Positions 63,517-64,000 of a stretch of DNA of 64,000 nt are shown one piece after another. The stretch covers positions 30,905 through 94,904 of the IMG/VR virus record IMGVR_UViG_3300045988_042533; one strand, 5' to 3'. Source of the DNA: a virus. A model generated the notes under the pieces. That model was not told the DNA's origin. It worked only from the letters and a program-made list of their open reading frames with translations, and ran no database searches. Positions within the stretch are counted from its first letter, which is position 1. The number at the start of each line of letters is the position of its first letter. Position numbers and translations under genes: made by a program.

Positions 63517-63642
63517 ACACCCCCGTAGAAGAGATATTGATGACTATAACTCCTACTACTATTTATATTAATGTTAATGTTTAAAGTGATACTAAAGCCG
63601 ACAAAGGAGATTATAACATCAAACATCTCTCTACGGGGGAAC
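63517..63642. repeat. Inverted pair of the GC-rich motif (~125-nt imperfect hairpin) closing the rightward arm
   Basis: ACCCCCGTAGAAGAGAT..TTGATG (63519-) pairs with CATCAAACATCTCTCTACGGGGGA (-63640). The right copy is degenerate. Confidence 0.7.
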
Positions 63643-63670
63643 TGGTGTTGCTAGTTATAATAGATATTAT

Positions 63671-63725
63671 AGTTGTATATATCTACAACATTTTCCTAAA
63701 AAGTTGTATGATTCTACAACATTTG
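63671..63725 (+). repeat. Tandem 31-nt units, each a 6-bp hairpin (AGTTGTA-N6-TACAACATTT)
   Basis: Unit 1 is 63671-63694 and unit 2 is 63702-63725. Stems are GTTGTA/TACAAC. Confidence 0.6.
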
Positions 63726-63790
63726 GAACAAAATAGGGTTGGAGATAACCCTATTTCAGTTAAAACAGGTGGTATGTAACCCTATTTTAG

Positions 63791-63934
63791 TATATTTGCA
63801 TGGAGGAATATCAGTCATGATAGCTTATAATATATAGTATATAATAGGCACTCATAACTAACTGATATTCAACACATTACAGAACATTTTTATACTTTAA
63901 AAGTATCTCTATGTGAATAGAGGTACTTTTTTTG
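63791..63934 (+). ncRNA. Candidate ~130-nt sRNA (orphan -7 box, 9-bp closing stem, terminator)
   Basis: TATATTTG at 63791-63798. Stem AATATCAGT (63807-15) / ACTGATATT (63861-69). Terminator at 63902-63934. No ORF. Confidence 0.3.
63902..63934 (+). terminator. Rho-independent terminator
   Basis: AGTATCTCTA / TAGAGGTACT (one G-U), loop TGTGAA, followed by TTTTTTTG. Confidence 0.7.
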
Positions 63935-64000
63935 TATTTATCATGCTATAAAAAGTACCTTTTTGGTACGTTTTTCATAAATTTGTATCACTAAAAGTAC

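Noticed and set aside
1-64000. Stop-codon reassignment (TAG or TGA recoding), as seen in some crAss-like phages
   Set aside because: All large genes (terL, portal, MCP, PolB, helicase, ligase, 1108-aa tail protein) are uninterrupted under the standard code. No run of short same-frame ORF fragments was seen.
1-64000. tRNA genes, integrase/lysogeny module, transposase, self-splicing introns/inteins in core genes
   Set aside because: I inspected the larger intergenic regions (7.85-8.33, 25.65-26.08, 34.7-36.24, 40.38-40.65, 54.47-54.64 and 63.49-64.0 kb) and found no cloverleaf with a GTTCRA-type T-loop. No recombinase motifs were recognised. Core genes are contiguous. tRNAscan-SE/Infernal would be decisive, and I could not run them.

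Overview
AT-rich (about 70% A+T by eye) dsDNA phage segment. Its layout resembles a crAss-like (Crassvirales) phage of Bacteroidota. Two divergent gene arms meet at a roughly 1.5 kb non-coding switch region (34.7-36.2 kb).

Left arm (1-34685, all genes on the - strand) is the late/structural module. Read in transcription order it holds three unknown genes, a PD-(D/E)XK nuclease, an endolysin plus two membrane/lipoprotein lysis-type genes, large terminase, portal, a scaffold-like protein, the major capsid protein and other head genes. These are followed by at least five tail-fibre-type genes with shared modules and several large tail proteins. The last tail gene runs off the left edge.

Right arm (36244-63491, all genes on the + strand) is the early/replication module. 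It holds small acidic and membrane proteins, a Dda/RecD-like SF1 helicase, a UDG-family-4-like protein and a family B DNA polymerase. It also holds a RecT-like protein, an SSB-like protein, a Toprim-like protein, an ATP-dependent DNA ligase, a DUF1599-like protein and ThyX. Its distal accessory block includes a hexapeptide-repeat protein, a PI-PLC-like phosphodiesterase, a Gp157-like protein and a DUF932-like protein.

I recognised no tRNA, rRNA, CRISPR array, integrase or transposase. The standard genetic code appears to hold, since all large ORFs are intact.

The most striking non-genic signal is a GC-rich 12-nt core, CTTCTACGGGGG (about 25 nt with flanks). It has 16 intact and 3 degenerate copies, in intergenic DNA and embedded in unrelated ORFs. 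Its orientation follows transcription, and three inverted pairs form long hairpins. I propose it as a phage-specific promoter or regulatory signal, which is untested.

Other signals include two complete Bacteroides-type promoters (TTTG-N19/20-TAnnTTTG), several rho-independent terminators and two ORF-free promoter-to-terminator units that are sRNA candidates. There is also an iteron-bearing AT-rich candidate origin, and a few genes have canonical Shine-Dalgarno sites that contrast with the rest of the genome.
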